From IMG/VR virus record IMGVR_UViG_3300037048_000031, positions 1 through 58,011 of that record: DNA of 58,011 nt. The stretch is one strand, 5' to 3'. The translations under genes and the position numbers were made by a program. Below the pieces are notes generated by a model, which worked only from the letters and a program-made list of their open reading frames with translations, was not told where the DNA came from and did no database searches. Position 1 is the stretch's first letter; every line of letters begins with the position of its first letter. Below, one piece after another: positions 17,441 through 26,890 of this stretch. The stretch comes from a virus (Duplodnaviria > Caudoviricetes).

Positions 17441-18307
17441 CTATTTTCCTCCTTTTTCCGACCAATCCTTTTCCGCGTCACATTGAGACCCCGGAAAATC
17501 ATTCGGCCTTATTGTTTTTACGAGATATTCCCACACATTATTAACTGTCATCATTTTTTTAGGGCATAAAACACTTTGGGGGTTTTCGGGGCGCATACAC
17601 TCGGTACAGGCTGGCCGACGATCCGGGTTATAGGTGCTGTCTATCTTCCCCGTTTTCGGATCAATCTTAGGAACAAGCTCCCCGTCTTTTACATCATAGA
17701 CGTCCGTATTGATCGGGATTCCATTGTCTATGATGTACTGATAAACATCCTGGCCGGTCCAGTTATGAAGCGGAAACACTACGTCGGCACTCCCGATATT
17801 CTGTTTATTCACCCATCTTAAACCGCATGGCCGGCCTCCGGAGTGGGGCTTTGATTCAACAGTTCTAAATCCTTCAAGGGCTACATCCCAAATATAATCG
17901 CCAGACCCCTTGGGTTGAAGATACACATCATTGAGACCGCAAAGATATTCACCCTCTATGTATTCATCCGGAGCGTAAAGCAGGGCGCATAAGATCAATG
18001 CGCCGTATCCTATGCCGTATTCCCTGACAACCTCAAAGGTGTCATTCCGGTAAAAGATGCTTGTGGACCTCGCCGGATAATCCCGGCAAACCACATTCCA
18101 CATATCAATAATTTTGTTGGCGTATCTGTATTTCCTGGGAAAATGCGGATCTCGATGAAACATCACATCCCACTTATAGCCCATGGCCCGGCATAGGTGT
18201 AAAACGGTGATGGAGTCCTTTCCGAAACCCGTATAGATTATTGGGTTTTTATAGTTCTTGTCCGTCATGCTGATAATTTCTTTCGCTGATTCGATCTTGT
18301 CCTTCAT
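17441..18307 (-). CDS. PAPS-reductase-like / PP-loop adenine nucleotide alpha-hydrolase protein with C-terminal Cys cluster
   Basis: IIYTGFGKDSITVLHL (SGGKDS-type PP-loop), FPLHNWTGQDVYQYI, CTEC...C. Likely start MKDKIES at 18307. Confidence 0.75.
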   Translation of the reverse strand: MKDKIESAKEIISMTDKNYKNPIIYTGFGKDSITVLHLCRAMGYKWDVMFHRDPHFPRKYRYANKIIDMWNVVCRDYPARSTSIFYRNDTFEVVREYGIGYGALILCALLYAPDEYIEGEYLCGLNDVYLQPKGSGDYIWDVALEGFRTVESKPHSGGRPCGLRWVNKQNIGSADVVFPLHNWTGQDVYQYIIDNGIPINTDVYDVKDGELVPKIDPKTGKIDSTYNPDRRPACTECMRPENPQSVLCPKKMMTVNNVWEYLVKTIRPNDFPGSQCDAEKDWSEKGGK

Positions 18308-18332
18308 ATATTTAAACCTTTCCTTTATAGTA

Positions 18333-19379
18333 TTAAGCCGCTGCCGCTGCCGCTGCCGCCATACCAGCCGAAGTATTTGAACTCTGTTGGTTCTGTTGAG
18401 TTGTCCATTTTTGCATGGCAAGATTTTGAGTGTTGGCCCGTTCAGACGCATACTTGCTTGACAGACTGAGGGAATTGTCAAACGCATTTCCACCCCCCAG
18501 AGAACTCACATAGCCTTGCATCCTGGAAAGCTCAGATGTCTTCTGGTTCAAGGTGTTGTTTTTTATATCAGCCGCAAGCCCGATGGTTCCAGAAATTCCT
18601 GAAAGCATATTGCTTTTCAAGTTTTCCTGGTTCGTCCTTGACGCGAGAATCCCCTCGCCGGAAGTTATCTGCCCCCTTCTGGCTTCCTCTCTCAGCAGTT
18701 CGGCTTTTTGTTTGAGGCTCACCATGGCTTTCTGGCCCGGAGTTGTCAGCATCCAATTCGGCCCAAGTTTGCGGGATAGCATTTCGGTTGCCTGTTTCTC
18801 TTCGCTTGCAAGCTCCTCTTCGAGTGCGGGACTGATCGGGATCTTGCCCTCAATGGCGTCTTTCTGGCGCTGACGGGAAATCTTTGTCAATTCATAGTCC
18901 GCCTTTTCGCTTTCGCTCATTTGGTCAATCATTTGCTGTTCGGTTAATTTTTCCCCTGTGGGAGAAAAGCCGGCCATGGCAAGCTGCTTGTTCAATAAAA
19001 TATCTTGCGGGGTAGGCGGTTCGGGCTCTTTTACTATCTTCTGGATTTTGCCGTTTATGTCTCGCTTGTAGCCCATTGCTTCAAGCTGAAAAGGCTCGAA
19101 TTCCTCTTGAAGTTTCTGCTGCTTTTTTTGGTTCTCGATTTGTATTTGCAAGAGGTCGATTTGCTGTTGGTCAAGCTTTTGTTCTGCCGGAGTCTTGCCT
19201 GGGGCGTCCGGAGCCTCCGGCGTTCGCACACCACTCAAATTAAGCGGATCGAAAAAGGTAGAGCCAATGGTTTTGGTACTGCCTCCGCAAAATGCTATTT
19301 GTCCGGAATATTCAAAGCTATCTTCATCGATGACCTCGCCTGTATCGATGCTGAATACAATCTTCTTGTAAATTTTCAT
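18333..19379 (-). CDS. Putative ejection/pilot protein
   Basis: N-terminal MKIYKKIVFSIDTGEVIDEDSFEYSGQIAFCGG leader, Gln-rich coiled coil, Gly/Ala C-terminus. Confidence 0.6.
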   Translation of the reverse strand: MKIYKKIVFSIDTGEVIDEDSFEYSGQIAFCGGSTKTIGSTFFDPLNLSGVRTPEAPDAPGKTPAEQKLDQQQIDLLQIQIENQKKQQKLQEEFEPFQLEAMGYKRDINGKIQKIVKEPEPPTPQDILLNKQLAMAGFSPTGEKLTEQQMIDQMSESEKADYELTKISRQRQKDAIEGKIPISPALEEELASEEKQATEMLSRKLGPNWMLTTPGQKAMVSLKQKAELLREEARRGQITSGEGILASRTNQENLKSNMLSGISGTIGLAADIKNNTLNQKTSELSRMQGYVSSLGGGNAFDNSLSLSSKYASERANTQNLAMQKWTTQQNQQSSNTSAGMAAAAAAAA

Positions 19380-19383
19380 ATAC

Positions 19384-19773
19384 CTACCTCCTGCAAGTGA
19401 CGTAAAATATTTTTATATTATTTTGTATCGCATAGGGTTCAAGGCGCTTATCTCGCGCGACCCACTTAACAAAGCTCTCAAAAAACTTTTCTTTGCCGAC
19501 CAGGGCGATAAATGACGCAAACCCCAGGGATACTATTATATTTCTAAAGACACGATAAAGCGCAATCGCATTGCTAAGGCTCCGGTGTTCCTTAAATATA
19601 AGAAAATGAACAAGAAAAGGATGGCCATTCTCAAACCTGAAAGAGAAAAAGCCTATTGGCAGAACGTAACAGATATCCTCTTCGAAACTCATTTGGCTTT
19701 CCTCGTATCCTTCGTCTTGAAGAGCCCGAAAGAGTTTATAATAAAGGTGTTTTCTGTATAGCTCTGCTCGCAT
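19384..19773 (-). CDS. Hypothetical protein, possibly GNAT-like
   Basis: GFFSF...FLVHFLIFKEHRS pattern. Its position before the ejection genes resembles GNAT-like genes of podoviruses. Confidence 0.45.
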   Translation of the reverse strand: MRAELYRKHLYYKLFRALQDEGYEESQMSFEEDICYVLPIGFFSFRFENGHPFLVHFLIFKEHRSLSNAIALYRVFRNIIVSLGFASFIALVGKEKFFESFVKWVARDKRLEPYAIQNNIKIFYVTCRR

Positions 19774-19776
19774 TAA

Positions 19777-20328
19777 TTATAAATCCTCCGGCAACCATCG
19801 GCCCGTAACCAGGTATCCCTGCATATTGTTTTCGGGCATAGCTTGATGCTGTTTCTGGTATTCGTTTACGTCTGTTGGATTCGGGAATACCAGGTTATAA
19901 TCCGGGTCTTCGTCTTTAATGAACTTTATTTTATCAGAGCATATATCGGCCTTTGGGTCTTGAAGCCATTTCCAGCCTAACCATTGCCCTAGGATGGCAA
20001 GCGGATCATATCTTCGCTTCCACCAATGATATTTCAGTTCGGTATTTATTTTTTCCAGAATCCTCGCTTTCGCTTCGAGCGTCCACCTGGTATCTGTAAC
20101 AAATTTGACTATATGCAATCCTTGAAGATAGGTATCGAGAGAAACGATTTTAAAAATAAGATCCTGGCTAGCTATGGTGTTTTCATCTATAAGCCAGCAA
20201 AAATGGTTATACGTTCCCTTGGTAACGCTGGAACTCTCTGCCCCTATAAAACTCCGCATGTGTCTCGTAAGGACCATTTGCGGAAAACCATACTGTTTGA
20301 TTATTTTTATCAGGCCGTCCTTTGTCAT
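19777..20328 (-). CDS. Permuted papain-like (YiiX/YaeF-type NlpC/P60) amidase
   Basis: YNHFCW (His), then RYD, then ICSD (Cys): the permuted catalytic order. Confidence 0.65.
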   Translation of the reverse strand: MTKDGLIKIIKQYGFPQMVLTRHMRSFIGAESSSVTKGTYNHFCWLIDENTIASQDLIFKIVSLDTYLQGLHIVKFVTDTRWTLEAKARILEKINTELKYHWWKRRYDPLAILGQWLGWKWLQDPKADICSDKIKFIKDEDPDYNLVFPNPTDVNEYQKQHQAMPENNMQGYLVTGRWLPEDL

Positions 20329-20340
20329 TGTCGAGCCCCC

Positions 20341-20697
20341 CTACCCCTTTGTTTTTATTTCCCCCGCCTCTGTTAGTTTTCCCTCTTCGATAAGGGCATT
20401 AATGGCCAGCTCCCTGATTTTTTGAGTGATTAAAGCCTCTCTTTCCAGCGCCTCCTTTTCTTCTTCCGACAACTCCTCCTTCTCGTCTGCTGGTTCTGGT
20501 ATTACGACACAAGACCAGTTATTATTGTCAAACATCACGATCTCGTTTTCGTTTGGAATGGGGGGCTTCTCGGTGGCAGTATTGGCAGGGATCAAATATA
20601 CATTTTCCCCCTGCTTTTTGCTTTCCAGCGGATCAAGCCTTGCGTCAGATTCACCGGCATATTCTTTCGTTATTGGATCATAATGATAAATTTTCAT
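20341..20697 (-). CDS. Tail fibre assembly-like protein
   Basis: IYHYDPITKEYAGES.ARLDPLE...LIPANTATEKPP; directly follows the tail fibre gene. Confidence 0.75.
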   Translation of the reverse strand: MKIYHYDPITKEYAGESDARLDPLESKKQGENVYLIPANTATEKPPIPNENEIVMFDNNNWSCVVIPEPADEKEELSEEEKEALEREALITQKIRELAINALIEEGKLTEAGEIKTKG

Positions 20698-20704
20698 GTT
20701 CCTC

Positions 20705-21643
20705 CTAATACTTTATGCAGTACATAACATTGATGTTTATCGGCCTCGTTTCGTTACCGCCTGTCGAATCCGTATTTTTGTCATTACCGGAATTATCTGC
20801 GCCAGCCGTATTTCTTGTTGACCCACCAGCCGAAACTCCGCTTGCGGTATTATGCAAATGCGATTTAAGTTCATCGGCTTGTTTTGTTCCAACATAATCT
20901 CCGTCCCGAGCGTCGCCCCGATCTGTCCTTGTGGCTTTATCGGGATCGGTAGTTTGTCCATGCGCCCATCCACGATGGAACCTTCCTCTATAGTCAGGTA
21001 AATTAAAATGAGTGCCGTCAACATTTCCATAGACAACCCCCAATATAGCGAATAGCCCTGAGTATGTAGTTCTGTCCAAAGAAGAACCATCACACTCAAG
21101 GTATCCAGAAGGCGGCGTTCCTGTCGGCCAGGTTATAATTGTGCCTATCGGAACAGTATCCCCAATTATCCCCAAAACTTCCGCCGCTGTGAGGGCTGTT
21201 ATATTCCCCCCCGTTTTTCTGCCGACAATCCTTTGCTCGGCAACCGTCAGCGCCGCCGGAGTGTCGTCTGTGTCGGCCGCCAAGATCGTATTTGCATCAA
21301 ACAAGGCTTTAGCAACCCCTGTTGTGGGAGTTAAATATCCTGCTGCGGCAGCGGCAACGGCCGCCAGCGTAACATCCGGATCGACATACCAATTTGCTTC
21401 TCCGGTTATTTGCGCGAGTAAATATCGTATTCTCTGCAATTCGCCTTCAAGGCTTGTCGGAAGGGACGCAACACCTCCTGGGTATGGATCTGCGGTTGTT
21501 TGCATAGCTGCAGCATTAGTCGAGGCGTCGTCAACTCCTGCAGGCGTCAAATTCGTGAGGATATTATTAAACTCTGCGTTTAAATCGGCAAACGTCAGAA
21601 CTTCGGCCACCCACGTTTTTATTCTGCTAAAATTAGCGCCCAC
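20705..21643 (-). CDS. Tail fibre protein with phage tail collar domain
   Basis: PIGTIITW...PSGYLECDG...YSGLFAILG...FNLPDYRGRF...ETRPINI.VMYCIKY. Confidence 0.9.
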   Translation of the reverse strand: MGANFSRIKTWVAEVLTFADLNAEFNNILTNLTPAGVDDASTNAAAMQTTADPYPGGVASLPTSLEGELQRIRYLLAQITGEANWYVDPDVTLAAVAAAAAGYLTPTTGVAKALFDANTILAADTDDTPAALTVAEQRIVGRKTGGNITALTAAEVLGIIGDTVPIGTIITWPTGTPPSGYLECDGSSLDRTTYSGLFAILGVVYGNVDGTHFNLPDYRGRFHRGWAHGQTTDPDKATRTDRGDARDGDYVGTKQADELKSHLHNTASGVSAGGSTRNTAGADNSGNDKNTDSTGGNETRPININVMYCIKY

Positions 21644-21644
21644 C

Positions 21645-22202
21645 TTAACCTCCTAAGTTTATTATAATTTTTCTACAATGGTTAATAAAATCGTCGACAC
21701 TCAAATGCCTCTTCATCCAATTACACATTACGCAACATGCCACAATATTTTGCATTTCATACCCCTGACTATTGTTTATTCTGTCGATTCCGTGTGTGGT
21801 GTTTTCCCCTCCGCAATAATGACAATTAGTATCCCAAAAGGACATATATTCTTGGAATGAAATAGCAAATGCAATACTGCGTTTCTTGGCTCCTCTTTTA
21901 TATTCCGCATATCTTCCTGCAGGAGTCTTATGGTTTTGCAGAATGATAATCTTATTTTTGTGGTAATATGCTCGTTTTTTCTGTTTAAGGGTTTCTCCGG
22001 ACTTTTCCGCATATTTTCTATAGCTTTCCCTTTTCTTCTCTGGCGGATAATATTCCTTTAGTTTTTCCCTGTTGTTATTGCGCCAATTCTGATGATATTC
22101 TATCGCATATTCTTTTGTGTGTGATAGTCCATTTACCCATCCAGGATGATTCTCTCCACAAACAAACCTTCCCGATACATCTCGTCCCGGCTCTGCTCCC
22201 AT
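21645..22202 (-). CDS. Free-standing HNH (His-Cys) homing-type endonuclease
   Basis: CHYCG...GIDRINNSQGYEMQNIVACCVMCNWMK; basic N-terminal region; AT-rich insert among tail genes. Confidence 0.85.
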   Translation of the reverse strand: MGAEPGRDVSGRFVCGENHPGWVNGLSHTKEYAIEYHQNWRNNNREKLKEYYPPEKKRESYRKYAEKSGETLKQKKRAYYHKNKIIILQNHKTPAGRYAEYKRGAKKRSIAFAISFQEYMSFWDTNCHYCGGENTTHGIDRINNSQGYEMQNIVACCVMCNWMKRHLSVDDFINHCRKIIINLGG

Positions 22203-22215
22203 ATTGGTTTTCTCC

Positions 22216-23778
22216 TTACTGTTTTGCCCCCATAGGCTTAAAATCGGTTGTATATTCGCTTATAAAGAAATCCTGATCTGCGCCGGAGTTAAACATTTCG
22301 TATTGTATTCGCTTCCCAACTTTCCCGATTTTGATTTTTCCTTCTTGTATTTTTTCTCCGCCAAGAATATCCGTATCGAGAACAAACTCGTCAAGAGGCT
22401 TCGTTCCGCTTTGCAACATAGGAAAAGAGGCATAAACCTTATTCTTACCGTCAATTTCTGAATATATCGATAGGTCATGCGCGCCTCTCGGCTCTATCGT
22501 TATGCGGGCATTGTTAATGTGCTTATCGCTTCGCGGATCATCAAAGGCATCATACGCCGCCGTAAAGCCACCATAATATGCCAGGCCGTTGTCGCTCCTG
22601 TTGGCCTGGTCCAGTTTCCATATTTCCCCTGAATAATCTCCCGTATATATGCTAAACGATCCGTTTGTATTATTGCGGACCGCCGCGCTTGAAAAAGCCT
22701 CATACCCGGAAGGATTCACAAGGTTGTTGTGTACGATCCAGGCCTCATCTACGGGGCGATCAATATAATAAAGAATGGCCGTATCGTTTGTCGTTTTGTT
22801 AAAACTTGTCATAAAAAAGACGCAAGCCCGGATGTTAGGGTAATAAACAGAATGGAAATTATTTATATATGCCAGGTTTATGTTATCTTTTATGTACTGA
22901 TGTATCATGTTGTTTTGTATGAGAGATGCTGCTTTATAATCGCCATACTCGGCGGCGGCTTGAACGCTGTATATGTCTCCGTCGTCAACCATGCAGATTA
23001 TATCCCCGGTTGGTATCTTTATCTTCAATCTCCAATGGGCGACGCCGCCACTCCATTGAGCCGGAGAGAAGCCCCAATTTGCCGTACTTAAATCCGAATC
23101 GTCCAGCCGGTACGCTTTCTTTTTACCAAAAACTATAAGCTCAGATCCGAGTTCGTCCATCCCGACCAGGCCGTAACCATCCCCTGTTTCCATATAAAAG
23201 GATTCAGCGCTTGTGACAAAAAGCTCCATATCACCGGCGGCGTTATAGCTTTTTGACAGATAGAGCGTTGTATTATTAATCGCGGCCATCCTGTTTGAGG
23301 CGCCTCGAGCATGAAGCATAATTTGAAATGGCGGACTTGCGGCCCAATCTGCAGCCGGTTCTGAAACCTCCGCGGTGTTGCCTGCCCCGGTCCACACATG
23401 GGGTTCGTTAACTCCGTCCGCAATGAACAGCTTGTCTTCTCCAAAAGCGAAAGAATAGGGGAATGTAGTCCCAAGGCCCGTAGATATTTTATCGGCATCA
23501 TTTTTATAGATATCGCCATCATCTGTCGCGACGACGATATATTGAGTCAGATTGCTGAAAGTGCAATCGCATATTCCAAGGATCTTTGGGGTTCCGGCAA
23601 AGGCCGAACTATAAACGTGAGCTGTGCCGCCGCGTTTCCTTCTGCCGCCTTTTTCAAAAATAATGTTGGCCGTCGGATGCACCATGGCGTTTGGCGGAAG
23701 ATTTTGAGTCATGCTATTCCAGCCCACCAATCCGCCGCCCGCGCAACTTACTATCCGATGTGATCCATTGTATGCCAT
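22216..23778 (-). CDS. Tail nozzle / packaged-DNA stabilization protein
   Basis: 520 aa beta-propeller-like sequence located after the adaptor genes. Confidence 0.65.
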   Translation of the reverse strand: MAYNGSHRIVSCAGGGLVGWNSMTQNLPPNAMVHPTANIIFEKGGRRKRGGTAHVYSSAFAGTPKILGICDCTFSNLTQYIVVATDDGDIYKNDADKISTGLGTTFPYSFAFGEDKLFIADGVNEPHVWTGAGNTAEVSEPAADWAASPPFQIMLHARGASNRMAAINNTTLYLSKSYNAAGDMELFVTSAESFYMETGDGYGLVGMDELGSELIVFGKKKAYRLDDSDLSTANWGFSPAQWSGGVAHWRLKIKIPTGDIICMVDDGDIYSVQAAAEYGDYKAASLIQNNMIHQYIKDNINLAYINNFHSVYYPNIRACVFFMTSFNKTTNDTAILYYIDRPVDEAWIVHNNLVNPSGYEAFSSAAVRNNTNGSFSIYTGDYSGEIWKLDQANRSDNGLAYYGGFTAAYDAFDDPRSDKHINNARITIEPRGAHDLSIYSEIDGKNKVYASFPMLQSGTKPLDEFVLDTDILGGEKIQEGKIKIGKVGKRIQYEMFNSGADQDFFISEYTTDFKPMGAKQ

Positions 23779-23781
23779 TTA

Positions 23782-24675
23782 TTATTTGCCTCCGGATATA
23801 GCGCTTTTAAGCCCCTCTTTATCAACTCCGTCCAGATCGTTTGCCATCATAGCAATCAGCATGGATTGATATACCCCGTTCTGCTCCTGATATCGGTCGT
23901 CGTCTTCTCCGAGCTTCCAAACATATACCCCCTGTTCGAACACTCCGGCCCAACGTCTTAATATTGTCGAATAAAAAGCGGACGTGATATCAATCAGCAT
24001 TAAATCGGCGTAATACCTTCGCTGTAATCCTCCAACCGCGTCGGGGACCGGATATAAGGCCAATTCTCCGACCGTTGTATTCGGTATGTGGATGAATCGC
24101 TTCGGGGTTCCGGCAATTCCAGGATGCTGATATCGATCATAAAGAGCGATTGACATCATATCTCTCAAGGGAACGATGCTATTAACTACGATGTATCCGT
24201 CTCCCGTCACCGGCAAAGTATCATAAGCCGCTGCCATGGTTGCCCGTTTCGTTGTAATATTATAATCGTCGATAACCTGGGACTGATCGACGCCCGTTCC
24301 GGATGTAATAAGTAGTTTTTTCCCCTCTGCCTGTGCCTTTGTAACGTCCTCCGCAGCAGCAAGATCAACAACGCTGGTGCTCGTCACGGTTGCCAATACC
24401 CCCGAATGATCTCCGCTCATGTATCCTACGGAATAATTAGAATCAAAATCAGCGGGGTTCGCATAATGAGAGACACCGATAACCGTAATGTCGTACACGG
24501 TTCTTAAAAGAGGGCGCCAGGTGCGTCCGACATTCATAATATCTCGTTTAACCTTTTCAAGACCATAATCCTCTGCCCTGGTAATCTCGTCAGTTTCAGG
24601 GGATGCGCCATTGAGAAACCGAGTTAAGGCCTCGGTTGCTATCGTCGTTTTGGTTGGAGCTGTTGGAGCTGCCAT
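23782..24675 (-). CDS. Head-tail adaptor-like protein with an inserted beta domain
   Basis: GTPKRF...LALYPVPD adaptor motif; central insertion of about 75 aa. Confidence 0.65.
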   Translation of the reverse strand: MAAPTAPTKTTIATEALTRFLNGASPETDEITRAEDYGLEKVKRDIMNVGRTWRPLLRTVYDITVIGVSHYANPADFDSNYSVGYMSGDHSGVLATVTSTSVVDLAAAEDVTKAQAEGKKLLITSGTGVDQSQVIDDYNITTKRATMAAAYDTLPVTGDGYIVVNSIVPLRDMMSIALYDRYQHPGIAGTPKRFIHIPNTTVGELALYPVPDAVGGLQRRYYADLMLIDITSAFYSTILRRWAGVFEQGVYVWKLGEDDDRYQEQNGVYQSMLIAMMANDLDGVDKEGLKSAISGGK

Positions 24676-24686
24676 TAATAACCCCC

Positions 24687-25550
24687 TTAATATAAATCGT
24701 AATTGATGCCGCCGGGCATTTTTACAGGAGCTTTCCCGCTTCGTTTTGATGTTATCAGGGACACGGATTCATTTAGAAATTCATGAAGAGCTGCATCGGT
24801 GGAAGCAACGCCCGCGATAAGGACCTTTGACAGATATTCAGATATTGCATCGTCAAACTGCTCATTCCATGGAACATAATCGTTCATGGTCGAAAGAGCA
24901 GGGGGTTTTTTCCAGTAGTCGCCCTTGATCGTTATGTCGGTACTTGTTCCAGGGTACACATAGATCCGGTTGTTTTTGAGCTTGTAATAACTTGGGGTTC
25001 CCGCAGATGTGTAAGCAAGCGCGGTCAGTTGATTCGGCAGGGGCTTTAGGGTCCAGACATAGCCATCGATATATGGCTCCTCTCCGACAAATCCCCAGAA
25101 ATCATCGGGCAAAAAGCCGAAATCAGCGATAGAGGTTATTGTAACATCCGATCCCTCCGCCGCAGTGGTTAATCTTGACTCTCTATCATCGAGGGCTATT
25201 GTTCCAGCGATCACCGACGTAATCCTGTGCGGTCCTGCGTTTAAAGCGCTGTCCGTTTCGATAGGCATGTCGGCCTGAAATCCTGCTGTCACAAACCCGC
25301 TGGCTGAATCGACTATGGTATCGCCGCTTTCGTTTCCACCGCTCGAAAAACCTATTGTTGCAGCCGCGTAATCTATAGACGCAAATATCGGGACCGACAG
25401 CTCACCGAGCAGGAGATCCGATTCAAGAATATACAGCTTTTTGGCAATCGTTTTAATCGCTCGATTAAGCGCGGGAAATAATCCCGGCAACCTCTCGGCC
25501 GGAATCTGGTCTTGTATTTCTTCTATGAGATCCGAAACCATTATTGCCAT
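24687..25550 (-). CDS. Second head-tail adaptor-like protein with an inserted beta domain
   Basis: LPDDF...GTPSYY...IYVYP...YWKKPPAL...PWNEQFDDAI. Confidence 0.65.
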   Translation of the reverse strand: MAIMVSDLIEEIQDQIPAERLPGLFPALNRAIKTIAKKLYILESDLLLGELSVPIFASIDYAAATIGFSSGGNESGDTIVDSASGFVTAGFQADMPIETDSALNAGPHRITSVIAGTIALDDRESRLTTAAEGSDVTITSIADFGFLPDDFWGFVGEEPYIDGYVWTLKPLPNQLTALAYTSAGTPSYYKLKNNRIYVYPGTSTDITIKGDYWKKPPALSTMNDYVPWNEQFDDAISEYLSKVLIAGVASTDAALHEFLNESVSLITSKRSGKAPVKMPGGINYDLY

Positions 25551-25596
25551 GAATTATTCTCCTTACATTTTAAATCGGTTAGAAATAAGTCTTGAG

Positions 25597-25905
25597 TCAT
25601 AGCTTCTCCTGATTTTCCTTTATCTCCTGCTTATCAATCGCAATCTCTTTTCGGTCAACGGCTATTTCCTGTCGGGCAATATCCCTCCTGCGTTCCTCTT
25701 GACCGTCCCACTTTGAAGCTCCGGGGAAACCGCCTATCCAGCCCCTTAACAATCCGGTAATGGTATTTGTCCGTTCATCAGGATGCCATACAGCAATACA
25801 TTTCAGGATAGTAACGAGGAAACTCAGGATAAGACCTATGGTAATCGTATAGACGGAGATTAAATAAGTCCACCAATCGTTTGACCATTTGAGAAGATTA
25901 TCCAT
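25597..25905 (-). CDS. Membrane protein, putative holin or other lysis protein
   Basis: One hydrophobic segment and a charged C-terminus; next to the endolysin. Confidence 0.5.
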   Translation of the reverse strand: MDNLLKWSNDWWTYLISVYTITIGLILSFLVTILKCIAVWHPDERTNTITGLLRGWIGGFPGASKWDGQEERRRDIARQEIAVDRKEIAIDKQEIKENQEKL

Positions 25906-25908
25906 AAG

Positions 25909-26004
25909 TCACCTATCGGAATCATAATTATTTTTACTCGCAACTTTACACATGCACAAAATGAAGACGTAAACTACAATTAAGAGGAATATTAGGTGTA
26001 GCAT
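25909..26004 (-). CDS. 31-aa membrane peptide (not in the ORF track)
   Basis: AAGGAG SD; MLHLIFLLIVVYVFILCMCKVASKNNYDSDR*. Confidence 0.45.
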   Translation of the reverse strand: MLHLIFLLIVVYVFILCMCKVASKNNYDSDR

Positions 26005-26044
26005 GGGATTCTCCTTTACCATTTTGCCAGCGTCGGCAATATGG

Positions 26045-26494
26045 TCAATAGCCTGTTTCTTTCAGCTTTTCGATTGACTGAATATCTCTGTAAATGGATT
26101 TAAATAATCTCAAAACCCTGAACACATGCCCTTTGACATAAATATCTTTTGAATGTTCCATGTACCTGACCGCCCGAAGCAAGAGAAACTCCTGCCAGTT
26201 TTCGGGGTTCTGATTCAGTATTTCTTTGTTCCCGCCTTTTTGCGGATTTACAGCTCCGTCAAACAAACAGATGTCCATCGGATACGGAACATCGTTGCAC
26301 CCGGCTGGCTCCCAATATTTCCGGTAGTAAATATTCTTTGCCTGTTCAAGCGTCAGATTCTTGACATCAACTTCGGGGTTATATTTCTGACAAATTCCGT
26401 ACCGGGTATAGCCTCCGGGATCTTGTGGGTCGTCAGAGTCTTTGCCTTCAAGACCGATTATCAGGATGAAGCCTTTTGCGTAGGATAGCCTCAT
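26045..26494 (-). CDS. Endolysin, glycoside hydrolase family 108
   Basis: LEG...DPQDPGGYTRYGI...LTLEQAKNIYYRKYW...FDGAVN. Confidence 0.88.
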   Translation of the reverse strand: MRLSYAKGFILIIGLEGKDSDDPQDPGGYTRYGICQKYNPEVDVKNLTLEQAKNIYYRKYWEPAGCNDVPYPMDICLFDGAVNPQKGGNKEILNQNPENWQEFLLLRAVRYMEHSKDIYVKGHVFRVLRLFKSIYRDIQSIEKLKETGY

Positions 26495-26860
26495 TTAGCA
26501 CTCCCCTTTTGTGTATCTATTTATGCAGCCGGAAAGCCGTTCAAAGCAGTCTGTCAATCCATCAATCGTTTTACGCATAGAACCGCGCCGCTCATCCGAA
26601 AGATTCTCAGCCGCTTTTTGTGCAATAGAAATGTTCTTTTCCAAATTCTCATGGCAGTTTTTTGTCTTATCAACACACTCTGTAATAGTTCTGTACGTTC
26701 CCGGCAAAGCCTTTAACTCGCTGAAAATAATCTGATGATCTTGCCTGTTAGCATTGCAATACTCTCCTTGTTTTTTCCTAATGTCCGAAAGCAAGAAGCC
26801 ATTCAGGCCAAATAAAGCTCCTAAGAATACGCCTAAAATACTTATCCAGAGTGTGTCCAT
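26495..26860 (-). CDS. Membrane-anchored coiled-coil protein in the lysis cluster
   Basis: N-terminal transmembrane segment; adjacent to the endolysin. Confidence 0.55.
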   Translation of the reverse strand: MDTLWISILGVFLGALFGLNGFLLSDIRKKQGEYCNANRQDHQIIFSELKALPGTYRTITECVDKTKNCHENLEKNISIAQKAAENLSDERRGSMRKTIDGLTDCFERLSGCINRYTKGEC

Positions 26861-26890
26861 GAGTCAGCATCCTCTCAGTTAGTTAGATTG

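Noticed and set aside
17441-18307. DndC phosphorothioation system or an auxiliary cysH sulfur-metabolism gene
   Set aside because: No other dnd or cys genes are present and the context is structural, so only the fold is supported.
18336-18362. Poly-Ala GCN repeat as a phase-variable tract
   Set aside because: It is an in-frame mixed-codon run at the C-terminus, so slippage would not shift the frame.
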